From contig NC_068990.1 of NCBI RefSeq assembly GCF_001194135.2, positions 80,943,087 to 81,007,086 of the forward strand: a DNA stretch of 64,000 nucleotides, given 5' to 3'. Made by a program: the position numbers and the translations under genes. Positions 1-13,186 of the stretch are shown piece by piece. The DNA comes from Octopus bimaculoides. Taxonomy: Eukaryota. How positions within the stretch are numbered: the stretch's first letter is position 1; each line of letters opens with the position of its first letter. A model generated the notes under the pieces. It did not search any database and had not been told where the DNA came from. It worked only from the letters and a program-made list of their open reading frames with translations.

Positions 1-95
1 TGGTGTTGCCATCCGGTTTCACCAGTCCTCAGTCAAGTCGTCCAACCCATGCTAGCATGGAAAGCGGACGTTAAACGATGATGATGATGATGATG
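1..95 (+). mobile_element. 3' end of a retroposon (SINE/RTE-type) ending in a (GAT)n tail; 5' part lies outside the window
   Basis: ...CAACCCATGCTAGCATGGAAAGCGGACGTTAAAC followed by (GAT)6. A short tandem-repeat tail is typical of RTE-mobilised elements. Family assignment is from memory of cephalopod repeats. Confidence 0.5.
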
Positions 96-186
96 CATGC
101 GCATATATGTCGTTCATACATACTAAGTTAATATAGAATGACGTATATGATAGACGGATAGGTAGACATGTAAGTAATTAACGGAT

Positions 187-292
<106 letters not shown>

Positions 293-819
293 TTCGCTGT
301 ACTTTTTTTTAAGCGTTTGACGTCGTTAATTCAGTTGGTTTTAATTTTTTATACAGCTATTTTATTGAAATCTTGCATCATTTTATTTTTTTTCTATTAT
401 CGAAATAATTACAACCAGATGCATTGTCTTTCTATTAAACACTAGACAGGCACGTGATGTAAATCGATTGCTAAATCGATAATTGGTTATCTTTGTTCAC
501 TTTCTTCTTGATTGATATCTCTAACGTTTAGTATTATTTGTAGTGGTATTATAATTGTGAATTTCTTTTTTGCATTTCTCGTTATGTTAGCCTAGACAAA
601 ATAGACAATATCTATGCATAGTTTAGCCCTCCTAAAATAAACCGGAGTTAATGCATTTAACATATAGTGCATATATATTGTTGCAGGTCACGATAAGTTT
701 ATAAATAGGGGGACAGAATAATGAGTGCTTGCGAAAAGCGACTATGTGAACTGTTTAGTAAAAACACTCTGTACTGGAGGTATCAGGAGACAATAATAAT
801 TGAGACAACAGAAAAATAT

Positions 820-966
820 GTAGTAGTAGTTACAGCAGCAGCAGCAGCAGCAGTAGCAGTAGTAGTGGTAGTAGTAGTAGTGGCAGCAGGTGCAGCAGCA
901 TCAGCAGTAGTAGTAGTAGTAGTAGTGGTAGTAGTAGCAGCAGCAGTAGTAGTGGTAGTAGTAGTG

Positions 967-1001
<35 letters not shown>
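820..1001. repeat. Compound trinucleotide microsatellite (GTA)n/(GCA)n/(GTG)
   Basis: Read directly; it explains the poly-V/poly-T ORFs at 721-1056. Confidence 0.95.
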
Positions 1002-2528
1002 TGGTTTTGTTGTTGTTTTCCTCGTCTTTGCCGTCGATCTCATTGGTTTATCTTAGATTAGATTCAGATACACCGTGATTAAAATTAAAATAATAAAAAT
1101 AAAAAAGCAGATTTGTTGCAACCATGATCATCCAGTCTGTTTGTAGCTGATGATACATTACGGGCTATATTATCGAGTGCTTGGCCTTTAAAAGCAGTAA
1201 GATGTGATTAGAGGGAAATTTGGTTACGTTTTTGATGCAGATAAAATGGCTACTTCACCCGAAAGGCTGTAGAGACCCCGTCGCTAGTTGATATCGAGCA
1301 AATTCAATCGGTAGGAGATTCTAGTTGACAGGCACCACTTTCGCATTATCATTGTAATTATGCTACATTTTAACTTGTTCGTGTAAAGGCAAATGTAGAA
1401 AACCCTTTTCCAGTGGATACTTTCTTGAAAGAGAAACTCTCCTTATAAACAAGGTGCTGAAGTTGTTTCTCCGGAGACAGCTTCTATCGCGAAGGTCTTT
1501 CCATGTTTAAATGTGAACGAAAATGGTAACTGCAACTGTGCGGTGGGTGTGAAGCGGAACCTATCTATGCATGACGTTCAGTCTGCCACACAGCTATGCT
1601 TTGCGCGGATATATATAAAATTAAAGCCCTACCAGGTTAACATATTGTATCCCTCCGGGATCGATAAATAAAACAGCACCTAAGTGCCGAGTTCTAGTAT
1701 TTTCTTCTTCTCACTCTCCCTCTCTCAATTCATATATCTTTCTTTTCACATCTCTCTCGTCATCTCCCTTTCTCTTATTCTCTCCCTGTCTCTGTCTCTA
1801 TCTCTCTTTCTTTTAGTCTCGCTTCCTCGATCGGCTTGTTGCGCGGTAATAATTATTATGGCTGACCTTTGCCAGCTTTCCTTTCTCTCAAAATATTTTA
1901 GAGTTGTGCGAGAGACTAGCATGCTCTTTTTATAAGATAAACTATGTGGACAAGAACCGCGTAAGGACGAACCGATGTACAGTATATCACAGATTGGAAA
2001 TCAGGAATAACTGAATGGATGTACATTATTTCAGAATATACTTAGGCTTTGTTAGTTCTCTTCGAACGAAATACATATTTAATCAAGCTATAAGCATTTC
2101 GGATTGAGACTTCTAAGGACAAATCATACGCAAATAACGATTTAAATGCTCAGCGAAAGGACAATTGAAATGTTTGGTTGATGAGAGTTGACATACGTGT
2201 GTAATGCCAGTATTTTAACAATAGGGACATTAACAATGAATTTCCATTAAAAAAGAACTTGTTCTGACACTAAGTGAAAATTAAAAAAATTAGTATTGAT
2301 ATAAACGTGTTATTGGATTCCTTAAAATAACATATCCCTTGCTTGTTTCCTGTTGGAATGAAACAGGAAAACTTCACAATAAAATCTTCTGAAATACTTC
2401 AAATTGAAATTTCGCCATAGCATTACAGATTTCTCTTCAAGTACATATGTATTTATAATTTGGCAGCACATTGGAACTTAAGGTAACATTTAATATTATT
2501 TTCAGTCTAAACCCGTATGAATACACAG

Positions 2529-2576
<48 letters not shown>

Positions 2577-3315
2577 NNNNNNNNNNNNNNNNNNNNNNNN
2601 NNNNNNNNNNNNNNNNNNNNNNNNNNNNNNNNNNNNNNNNNNNNNNNNNNNNNNNNNNNNNNNNNNNNNNNNNNNNNNNNNNNNNNNNNNNNNNNNNNNN
2701 NNNNNNNNNNNNNNNNNNNNNNNNNNNNNNNNNNNNNNNNNNNNNNNNNNNNNNNNNNNNNNNNNNNNNNNNNNNNNNNNNNNNNNNNNNNNNNNNNNNN
2801 NNNNNNNNNNNNNNNNNNNNNNNNNNNNNNNNNNNNNNNNNNNNNNNNNNNNNNNNNNNNNNNNNNNNNNNNNNNNNNNNNNNNNNNNNNNNNNNNNNNN
2901 NNNNNNNNNNNNNNNNNNNNNNNNNNNNNNNNNNNNNNNNNNNNNNNNNNNNNNNNNNNNNNNNNNNNNNNNNNNNNNNNNNNNNNNNNNNNNNNNNNNN
3001 NNNNNNNNNNNNNNNNNNNNNNNNNNNNNNNNNNNNNNNNNNNNNNNNNNNNNNNNNNNNNNNNNNNNNNNNNNNNNNNNNNNNNNNNNNNNNNNNNNNN
3101 NNNNNNNNNNNNNNNNNNNNNNNNNNNNNNNNNNNNNNNNNNNNNNNNNNNNNNNNNNNNNNNNNNNNNNNNNNNNNNNNNNNNNNNNNNNNNNNNNNNN
3201 NNNNNNNNNNNNNNNNNNNNNNNNNNNNNNNNNNNNNNNNNNNNNNNNNNNNNNNNNNNNNNNNNNNNNNNNNNNNNNNNNNNNNNNNNNNNNNNNNNNN
3301 NNNNNNNNNNNNNNN

Positions 3316-3375
<60 letters not shown>

Positions 3376-3995
3376 CCCCAACAGATATAGGTATAAATGT
3401 ATAGAACCGTAAATGTGCATGTGCGTGGTTTCGTGTATGGTTGAATGTAGTTGATAGTTTATAGGTAAAAATAATTTATCCTCTAACTGTATAATAGTTG
3501 TCTACTTCTTGTCAGTGACATCAAGAAACTTGTATTCAAATATTTATTAGCTCTGAATATTTACTTTAATGTTCAAAAAGGTGTTCAAATAAGTCAAATG
3601 AATATCTTGCCAATTATTGTTCCCAGATGTTCAATATAAACCAATTTACCTTTCTTTTGTTTACTTTACAATAACGATGACAATAATTATTTTTATAAAA
3701 TAGAATATATTACCCAAATAGTCGAATGGAAGTTGTTAGTGAAATGTCAGGAATGATGTAAAGGGAAAGGGGAAAAGTAGATTCAAGTATTTTTCTTCTC
3801 TTTACGTTCTGTAGTCATATAGCTAACCAGATGTAAGACCTTTATAGCTACACGAATTTACACGTAAGTTTATATATCTTGATTGCATGAGGTTGAAAAA
3901 TACTCGAATGGTATGGCCACTTAGGACGTCTTTCAACACATTTTAAAAAGTTGTTCTACTGAAATATATTTTAATCTGTTGTATTGCTTTTAGAC

Positions 3996-4278
3996 CAATG
4001 GTTTGCAACCGAATCGAAGGAAATAATCTTGTTCCCTCTTTAGTGACATGAGACCTCATGAATATGATGAAATCGACCTGTTGTCTGTAAAGCGTTCAAA
4101 ATTTGATAAAATTTTCCACGGAAGGGATGTAAAGAATTTTTTTGTTTTAATAACTCATTCTCAAATTGGCCCCTTTCTCTATTGGTATACTAAACATTAT
4201 GTACAAAAGGTATAAATTCAACAATACCCTACGCATGCCCCACCAAAATATCATCATGCCCCACTTTGGGAATCACGG
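3996..4278. mobile_element. Old hAT/Charlie-type MITE
   Basis: Imperfect TIRs CAATGGTTTGCAAC and (reverse complement) CCGTGATTCCCAAA, close to the CAGTGGTTCCCAAA type. Flanked by an 8-bp near-duplication TTTTAGAC (3988-3995) / CTTTAGAC (4279-4286). 8-bp TSDs are characteristic of hAT elements. Confidence 0.6.
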
Positions 4279-5262
4279 CTTTAGACTCATGTACACTTTA
4301 ATATGAGTAGTCCTTTTCATGCTGATGCTTGTGGACAATCAATGCCTTCTACAGAAAGCGTAGACAAAAAGTTCCAATTGTGTTTATTGCTTTTTTTCTT
4401 TTCATTATGTGTTGAGCAAGGATTTGTGCTCTTGGCTGGCTACCCAAGATTTCGATTCCGATGTACATTTTGAACGTTTGTAGGTTGATGGCTGCCAAAA
4501 AAGTGAAAACATAGGCGCCCGAAAATTATTAAATTGTCACTATCATTACTGCACTGTTATAGGTATGAATATTATTATTATATCACTTATAAGGTCATTA
4601 TTATTAAATCAAAGATTTATTGCAACACACAAAAACAAGATTGCTTTTAACCAGTACATTACTAGTTATTGTAGCCGTAACGATTGTACAACTTGTGACA
4701 GCTACATAGATACATTAACAGTAATTCATGCGAGAAAATACTCGCTGACAATCACAAGGTGTTATGAGATTGTATCTTTGAAGAAGTATGATTTATAGGT
4801 GTAAACATTTTGTTGCAATGGAAATTTCTTGTATTGACTAATAGAAAAATATTTTATAATTGTCATTTGCTTGGGGGATGGTCACGATTGTTTTATTATA
4901 TATAGTTTCAGTGGGTTGTCTTTTAAACGATGCATAACATAAGCAATATCCATTAGTTTGAGAGATGGATTTGAAGATTTCTAGCTGCGGGCTACGTTGA
5001 ACACAAAATTGATGACGAGGAGATCAGAAATGTATGAATCGTAAGGCGTTAGTGGATGTTAGATGAAGTCACTGACCCCCTGAAGAGGAAACACCCTTGA
5101 CAAAACGTTAAAGACCACTACTAGAGAGGATAAATGTCTATGGGAGAGATATTTGTGTACGTTTGAATGACTTCGTATATGTCGGTTTTATGACTTTTTC
5201 TGAATGTTTTTTTGGGATATATGTGCATACACGCATGCATACATAATACATACATAGATGCA

Positions 5263-5418
5263 TACTGTTGTGTTGACGCCCCCAAGCGAAGAAGTAGGTT
5301 CGCCCAAGATATATAAATAAAGGTAGTCTAGCCGTGGTAGGGGAGTTGAGTAGCTCTTGAGTAGCAGTTGAGTAGAGATCATCCGAAGGTGCTAGATAGC
5401 AGTAGCTTGAGACATAAC
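5263..5418 (-). repeat. ~155-bp dispersed repeat, copy 1 (putative 5' UTR of an L1/Tx1-like LINE)
   Basis: Minus strand starts GTTATGTCTCAAGCTACTGCTATCTAGCACCTTCGGATGATCTCTACTCAAC and aligns by eye to 47811-47977 and 61362-61513. Confidence 0.8.
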
Positions 5419-6607
5419 ACATACATACATACATACATACATACATACATACATACATACATACATGCATAAATTTGCCGAGAAATTTTATCTGTGGTTG
5501 TGAGAGTAGAAAAGAATTTCTGCACGTATTTCCATAAGTGGGGAACTTTTAGTGATGTAGTTATTTTTCCTCGATATGTGCAGACACTAATTCATATCTT
5601 TGTTGAATGAGATTTTGTTAAGCATATATTTCAAAATGCTATTAAAGCCTGTGTTTGTAGAAATGTTTGATTTCTGCTAGGGGTCTGACTGTTGTTGAAT
5701 GACTTTATGTATAAAAAGGGAAAGCAGCGAAAAATGCATTTTCACCAGCAATTGTGCATGTATGTTTAGAAGTTATTGCACTGAATTGTGAATGTGTGAA
5801 AGAAGGCAATCTCTGATATTCAGGGGAATTACATTTAATTGACGATGCGACGGAATTTGCAAGTACAGGGAACAAAATATAAATAGAGTTGGTCCCTTTA
5901 TTTCCGGGTTTAATTACTAAGAATATAATTTGTTAGAATGTTTATAAAGATGCGAAGCACCACCTTTGCGGATGTATTTCTACTTTGGTAGAAAGTTGCT
6001 GTTATATTCACTTCTGTTTAATAAAATTTACCAGACAGGGCTTCGATGTCTAGATAAAAAGCGATGAGGCCAACGATTGATAAAACGAGAGAACAAAAGG
6101 TTCCTGCTCCTTTTTCTTATCTCTCCTACTTACTATAGAAACACCTTCTACCCATCCCCCCTTTCGCTAAATTCCTTTAAGCTGCTAAACCAATGCATCC
6201 ATTTATTTAATAGTAATACTTAGTGCCATCTTTAGAATTCAGAATACTTTAACACTTACCGACGTTTACGCATGAATATAGTTGTGCTTCTTCCCAGAAA
6301 ACATTTCTGTATTTGAGCTGAATCATCATTTATGCAATTCTATTCGATACAACTCTAAGCCAGCTCGTCAAACTTGTCACTACTAAATATTTAAAGATCT
6401 ACAATTCACTGTCAAAACGTTATGAATTTTCTCTTTGGTATAAAAATATTCATGAAAAGCAGGTTGTTGTACAAGCTCCATAACAATGTTTTCGGGGAAG
6501 ATTCAAATTCTTCTATTTTCATTGCATCCCTTCTAAAAACAAGGAAATATGCGCGGTGGAGCCAGATTTGAGGGGAACAGCAAAAGTTTCGCATCATAAA
6601 ATGAATA

Positions 6608-6711
6608 GTGGCACCTTGGGCAAGTGTCTTCTACTATAGCCCCGGGCCGACCAAAGCCTTGTGAGTGGATTTGGTAGACGGAAACTGAAAGAAGCCCGTC
6701 GTATATATGTA

Positions 6712-6772
<61 letters not shown>

Positions 6773-6996
6773 ATATGTTTGTGTGTCTGTGTTTGTCCCC
6801 CCAACATCGCTTGACAACCGATGCTGGTGTGTTTATGTCCCCGTAACTTAGCGGTTCGGCAAAAGAAACCGATAGAATAAGTACTAGGCTTCTAAAGAAT
6901 AAGTCCTGGGGTTGATTTGCTCGACTAAAGGCGGTGCTCCAGCATGGCCACAGTCAAAAGACTGAAACAAGTAAAAGAGTAAAAGAGTAAAAGAGT
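6608..6996 (+). mobile_element. SINE family B, 5'-truncated, with internal (TA)n
   Basis: GGCACCTTGGGCAAGTGTCTTCTACTATAGC...GGCGGTGCTCCAGCATGGCC...GACTGAAACAAG plus a (TAAAAGAG)n tail. Homologous to 25108-25787, 50172-50578 and 59966-60353. Confidence 0.9.
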
Positions 6997-7565
6997 ATAC
7001 CGGAGATATTTATCTATTGTTGACAAGACAAATATTTGGAGCTTATTATTTGAACCAATTACGGAGGCGGGTGACAAATTATTTATCTTGGACAGATTCT
7101 ATTAAATGCAACGGGTAAATGAGCTATGAAATAATTATAAGAAAACTACCTAATTTTAACTGGAGTTCTGCTAAAAACCTTATGATATCTATATTTATGT
7201 CGAGCGAGAAAAGCTATTACAAACAGAAATTAATTAATTGCCAATGATTATTCTTATAATTTGACATAAGCTTTGAATCAATGGAACATATGTATTTTAA
7301 TTGAAAATCCACGATAATGGGGACCTCATAGAATTAATTAGAAAAATGATGGATTCATATGAGGATAATGAAATTATACTATATTAGCAATAAAATGTAA
7401 AATATTGCGTAAGTAATTGGTATCCACATAGATATTAAATAGTTCATCATCAGAGTACGTTTTATCTAAGTATCAGGTTGATATAGCAAAAACAAAAAAA
7501 ACAAAGAGCAATAATGAACGCAAATCATAATCCTATTTCATCAAAGATATATATATATATGTATA

Positions 7566-7614
<49 letters not shown>

Positions 7615-7677
7615 GTGACAATTACTCGGTAGTCATGCACACACACACACACACACATACACACAGAGGAGAGTGTG

Positions 7678-7816
7678 CTTTATTCAACGTATTCCCCTTT
7701 TCAGTTTCACACCGTTTATTGCAGCTGTCCTTTAGTTTTTCTGTACAAGAAAAAATCGGAAGGTTGGGCCCTTCACGATGCACTTAGAACCAGGAACTTT
7801 TCAGCACCCTCTCGTA
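7678..7816 (-). mobile_element. Mariner-derived MITE fragment (one TIR plus the last codons of a transposase)
   Basis: Minus strand TACGAGAGGGTGCTGAAAAGTTCCTGGTT is nearly identical to the TIR at 25813-25843. The element ends AAAGGGGAATACGTTGAATAA (KGEYVE*), a typical mariner transposase C-terminus. Confidence 0.7.
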
Positions 7817-9042
7817 GACGCGCACACTTGGTTTTATGCATCGACAGTTCAACCAACACACTAACTCAACCACATTTACAAACATCAGGAACTCTTTTAA
7901 AGAAAAAGACTTAAATAAAACTCGAAGCAAATTCATACATACATACATACATACATACATACATACATACATACATACATACATACATACATACATACAT
8001 ACATANNNNNNNNNNNNNNNNNNNNNNNNNNNNNNNNNNNNNNNNNNNNNNNNNNNNNNNNNNNNNNNNNNNNNNNNNNNNNNNNNNNNNNNNNNNNNNN
8101 NNNNNNNNNNNNNNNNNNNNNNNNNNNNNNNNNNNNNNNNNNNNNNNNNNNNNNNNNNNNNNNNNNNNNNNNNNNNNNNNNNNNNNNNNNNNNNNNNNNN
8201 NNNNNNNNNNNNNNNNNNNNNNNNNNNNNNNNNNNNNNNNNNNNNNNNNNNNNNNNNNNNNNNNNNNNNNNNNNNNNNNNNNNNNNNNNNNNNNNNNNNN
8301 NNNNNNNNNNNNNNNNNNNNNNNNNNNNNNNNNNNNNNNNNNNNNNNNNNNNNNNNNNNNNNNNNNNNNNNNNNNNNNNNNNNNNNNNNNNNNNNNNNNN
8401 NNNNNNNNNNNNNNNNNNNNNNNNNNNNNNNNNNNNNNNNNNNNNNATATATATATATATATATATACTTAATCACGCAGATTTTTACGTGCGATTCGTA
8501 CTGTCGTTATAGTGTTAGTAATAGAATGATTTGTCATCAACCGGAAATCGAGATCTTTTACGAAACTTGGTTCAATATATCTGTTCATCTGGCAGACGGA
8601 CCGATACATTGATATTATTGTCTTTGGCGGTAAACAAGTGCTCGACTGAAATGTGATGTGAAACTTTTTCCTATCATTGTACTCGCCCCACTACCAAAAA
8701 AATACATTTAAAACAGCTGTTGCCACGACTAGAACATTAGGTTAGATGGGAATATAAAAATACTACATCGATGGAAAAGGAGAAAAATATATTATTCAGG
8801 AAAGAAGAGAAGTGATTACAGTAAACCACACAATCACCTGGAAGTGTCATTTGTTAAATCTTTATTGCAGACGAATACACACGTCACACACACACACAGA
8901 AGAACGCACCTACTTACACAGACACGGACACGTAGATATATATAACGATAATACTATAAAAAATAAAAGTGATATTGCATTAAATGCACTGGTTCTGTGA
9001 TAAACACATCTGTACGTCATCATAATCATATTGGCAATTTGC

Positions 9043-9080
<38 letters not shown>

Positions 9081-9183
9081 GCACACGTACAAAAATGCAT
9101 ACATACATAGACGCATGCATACATAAATACATACATGCTTGCATGCATACATACGTACATAAATACATACATACATACATAGA

Positions 9184-9214
<31 letters not shown>

Positions 9215-9609
9215 GTACACACAAGTATATTTTGCCAAGATCAGAAAACTAATTCCTGACGAAAAAGCTTCGCTTAAACAAATTTACAATGGCGATGATA
9301 CGTGATCATCGCCATGAAACATTGCAGATAAGTAAAATAACCTTGCCAACACAATAATCTAAATAAATATAAGAAAATAATTTAACTGCACACACCCGCT
9401 GATGGCCAGTTATCATCAACAGGTGATATGGATTCCACTGATACGGGGGTAAGAGATCGATCGTTTATTCCTTGAAAACAGACGTAACAAACAGCATGTG
9501 ATGTGTGTGTTGCTCTGAACATTCAGTGTTCTTGTCAATCTAGTTGTTGGAGGTAAAGTAAATACAAGTATACAGTTGTGATGGCTGTTGTAAGCGATTC
9601 TTTGAGAGG

Positions 9610-9645
<36 letters not shown>

Positions 9646-10244
9646 GTGGATGGGTGGATGGGTGTGTGGTTGGATGTTACAACTGTGAAACTGTAGCAAC
9701 TTTGCTGTGTGGTTGGTTGGAAAGGACGGAGACATATCGCTTCTGTGTCATGATGAAAGCTGAGGTTTGTTCTTTGGGAATTACATTTGCAGAGAAGGAG
9801 AGAGAAAAAGCGGGGGTGAGGAAGAGTGAAGGAGTGAGAGAGAAAGGGAAACAAAGAGGGAGAGAGAAAGAGGCGGAGAAAGGGAGACAGAGAGTGACAG
9901 GTAGGTAGGTTTTAGAGAGGAAGTGTGGGAAGAAGAGGCTGGGAGAAGAGAAAAATGGAATGAATCAAAGTGATGAGCGAAAAAGTATATAAATAGTATA
10001 TGTATTCAAACGTTCATCTGTAGGTATATACACACGCAAACAAACGCGCGCACACACACACACGCACACACGCGCGCGCATACACAGATGCAAACACGAA
10101 ATTTCAGTAATATTTACATGGGCATGAATATATACGTGTATACAGTGAAGGAGAGAGAGAGAGAGAAAAGAAGAGATGGAGAGAGAGAGAGAGAGAGGGA
10201 GAAAAGGAGAAACAGAGAAAAGGAGAGTTGTATTTAGATAATGG

Positions 10245-10290
<46 letters not shown>

Positions 10291-10359
10291 TGTTTACCAA
10301 CAGACATACACACATGTATGTTTATGTACGCAGTATATAAATAAATATATAAATATATG

Positions 10360-10394
<35 letters not shown>

Positions 10395-10404
10395 NNNNNN
10401 NNNN

Positions 10405-10481
<77 letters not shown>

Positions 10482-10559
10482 ATGTATATAAGTTTGTATA
10501 TATTATTATATCCCTTTCTTTCAACCTCTTTTTTCCCAATCATTGCCATGCTGGACCGC

Positions 10560-10700
10560 TGAACGCTACACGTTTTTTCATTCTCTTACTGTTTATTTCC
10601 TCCTATTGCTTTCTGTTGAAGAGCGTAGTTTCGAAACGTGAATGATCTTTCTTTCAGTTTATCGAACTTCGATACGGCAGAAATTTACAACCTCGTTCGT
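10560..10700 (+). mobile_element. Possible Penelope-like terminal-repeat fragment with a degenerate hammerhead-like motif
   Basis: CTTT-CTGTTGA-A-GAGCGTAGTTTC-GAAACGTG at 10608-10645 has the layout of minimal type I hammerheads of Penelope-like elements, but with core mutations. Confidence 0.35.
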
Positions 10701-10799
10701 CAATAAATCCCTATTGTTCCTGAAAGTTGCTTTTATACCTATTACAGACAGCTCCAAGTTGAGTATGTTCTTACACCTTGATACTCGAATTTTACGTTT

Positions 10800-10831
<32 letters not shown>

Positions 10832-10848
10832 ATATATAAAAAAAAATA

Positions 10849-11626
10849 AGTGTATAAAGATATATACACAAAAAGACACGTGGTAGGACATCTTACATGC
10901 TAAAAAGGGCAGTTAAACCCAAACCACGAAACAGTAATTCTAAAGACACGCCGGTAAAGCACTAGAATGAAAGAAATTATTATTTCTAGTTTCCCTGTTG
11001 ATAGGCAATTAAATTAATTTGTCATCCGTATTTCATCGGTGGGATCGCTAAAGCAATGCATAATTAGGTAGCTTAATACTTGCCCAAAAAACACGTGTGA
11101 GCTGCATCCTTATAACATTATTGATTCAAATCAAGTGCGCAGTCGCATTCACATAGCCAGCAGCAAATAATTAATTTTGAACTGCGTACTATAAGCCTCA
11201 GATTTAGGAAATTTTACTGTGTAAATCGTAAGGGTAAAAAATTAGAATATTTTATTACCAGTGGTTCGCATGCATAATAAAATTCATAAGACAACATATT
11301 TTCATATATAAGAGTGTATAAAGATACATACACAAAGAGAAGACCCGTGGCAAAACTTCTTACATAGTAAAAAGGGCAGTTAAACCCAAACCACCAAAAG
11401 ATAATTCTAAAGACACGCCGATAATGCACTAGAATGAAAGGAATTATTATTTCTAGTTAACCCCATACTCGAGTTTCCCTATAGATGAGCAAATAAATTA
11501 ATTTATCATCCGTAGTTCATCGGTGGGATCGCTAAGACAATATGTAATTATGTTGCTTAATATGTACCGAAAAAACACGTGTGAGCTGCATCTTTATAAC
11601 ATTATAGATTCAAACCAAGTGCGCAG
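10849..11626 (+). repeat. Local direct duplication of a ~300-bp non-microsatellite segment
   Basis: 10849-11142 and 11313-11626 share long near-identical tracts (AAAAAGGGCAGTTAAACCCAAACCAC, TCATCGGTGGGATCGCTAA, AAAAAACACGTGTGAGCTGCATC). The second copy has a ~16-nt insertion. Confidence 0.92.
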
Positions 11627-13134
11627 GTAATAAATCATTCGATATACATGCGTGTATGTGTATGTATGCATGTTTGTGTGTGTGTGTATGTGAGCGTAGG
11701 TGTCTGTTTTTGTATTTGTACGTTGATGTGTGGTGCGCGCGCGTTGTATTTTATTGGAAACTGATTAGAGACACTGGGTTACAACGATTTCTCGTTTACT
11801 TTTCTTTAGTGAGTACAATTTTTCTGTGGTCATATCTAATGCAACCTTTGAAAAACGTCGTTATTGTCAGGTTGCTTCAATGTTATTTTCAGAAATTTCT
11901 GAGATCTATTCATAGTTCAGTCTTTCTCGTTCTATAAAATTGATAAGCCGTCAACTTTATAAAACCCTCTCTATAAATGCAAATAAAAGACACAAAGACA
12001 GAAAGCTTAAATAAAAGATTACAGGTTTAAAATTTACCTTAGTGTTGTCAGTCAAAATTTTAAATTACAATATCGAACAATAGACAGAGAAACTGTCATA
12101 CAAAATAAACTATATTCAGTTGCATTTCAAACTGTCTATTTCTAATACTCTTTTTCTTTTCTTTTTTTTTTTTGGTGTAGCAAAGTACAATAATGACTAT
12201 AAACATTCATACATATATACACGGGGGTAGAAACATCAAGGTTCTCTTCTGTGAAGATTTTCTCCAGTTTAATCTTCAAATGCTTCCATGTATAAGATTA
12301 CATACAACCAAGCACTATTATATACACACACACATANNNNNNNNNNNNNNNNNNNNNNNNNNNNNNNNNNNNNNNNNNNNNNNNNNNNNNNNNNNNNNNN
12401 NNNNNNNNNNNNNNNNNNNNNNNNNNNNNNNNNNNNNNNNNNNNNNNNNNNNNNNNNNNNNNNNNNNNNNNNNNNNNNNNNNNNNNNNNNNNNNNNNNNN
12501 NNNNNNNNNNNNNNNNNNNNNNNNNNNNNNNNNNNNNNNNNNNNNNNNNNNNNNNNNNNNNNNNNNNNNNNNNNNNNNNNNNNNNNNNNNNNNNNNNNNN
12601 NNNNNNNNNNNNNNNNNNNNNNNNNNNNTATATATATATATATATATATATATTCATAAATACATATATATGTATGTATATGTATATATGTGTGTGTATG
12701 TGTATACACATACATACATATTATATATATGTTATGTGTATGTGTGTGTGTATGTGTGTGTGTGTGTGTGCGTATGCGTATATATACATTGCGCTGATAG
12801 TGTTGAATTTCTCGCGACCGGGTGGTCCAGAGGCGCAACTCAATGTTCTAGACTGAATTTTAGAGCTAGAATTTTAAATGTACTCAGAGTTATCTCTGTT
12901 CGGTAATTTCCATTGAGGTAGGGTAAAATATCAGACACGCTGTGTCTGCGAATCCAGATATGGTACTTTTATACTTTCTACCATAAGCGAGAAATTTGCC
13001 TATAGAAATTGAAATATATCACAAACTTATTTTCACTTACCTAAAATTCCCGTATGTCTAATTACTGCTTGATACTGATACAGTTGAATATTTATCTATC
13101 TGTTTATCCATCCATCCATCCATTCATCCATTTT

Positions 13135-13186
<52 letters not shown>

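Noticed and set aside
5085-5125. CTGAAGAGG...AAAACGTT as a second hammerhead
   Set aside because: No GAAA core after a closable stem II; too degenerate.
5480-6060. Possible decayed Penelope RT/GIY-YIG on the minus strand (YLDIEALSGKFY...)
   Set aside because: Many stops and only loose motif resemblance; needs tBLASTn or an HMM search.
6380-6600. Possible old mariner fragment on the minus strand (PSNLAPPRIFPCF)
   Set aside because: Only weakly similar to YSPDLAPSDFxLF, and no TIR found.
12880-13074. Minus-strand exons at 13041-13074 and from 12999 separated by a 41-nt intron
   Set aside because: The intron is implausibly short, the upstream acceptor is weak, and the peptides are short and unrecognisable.
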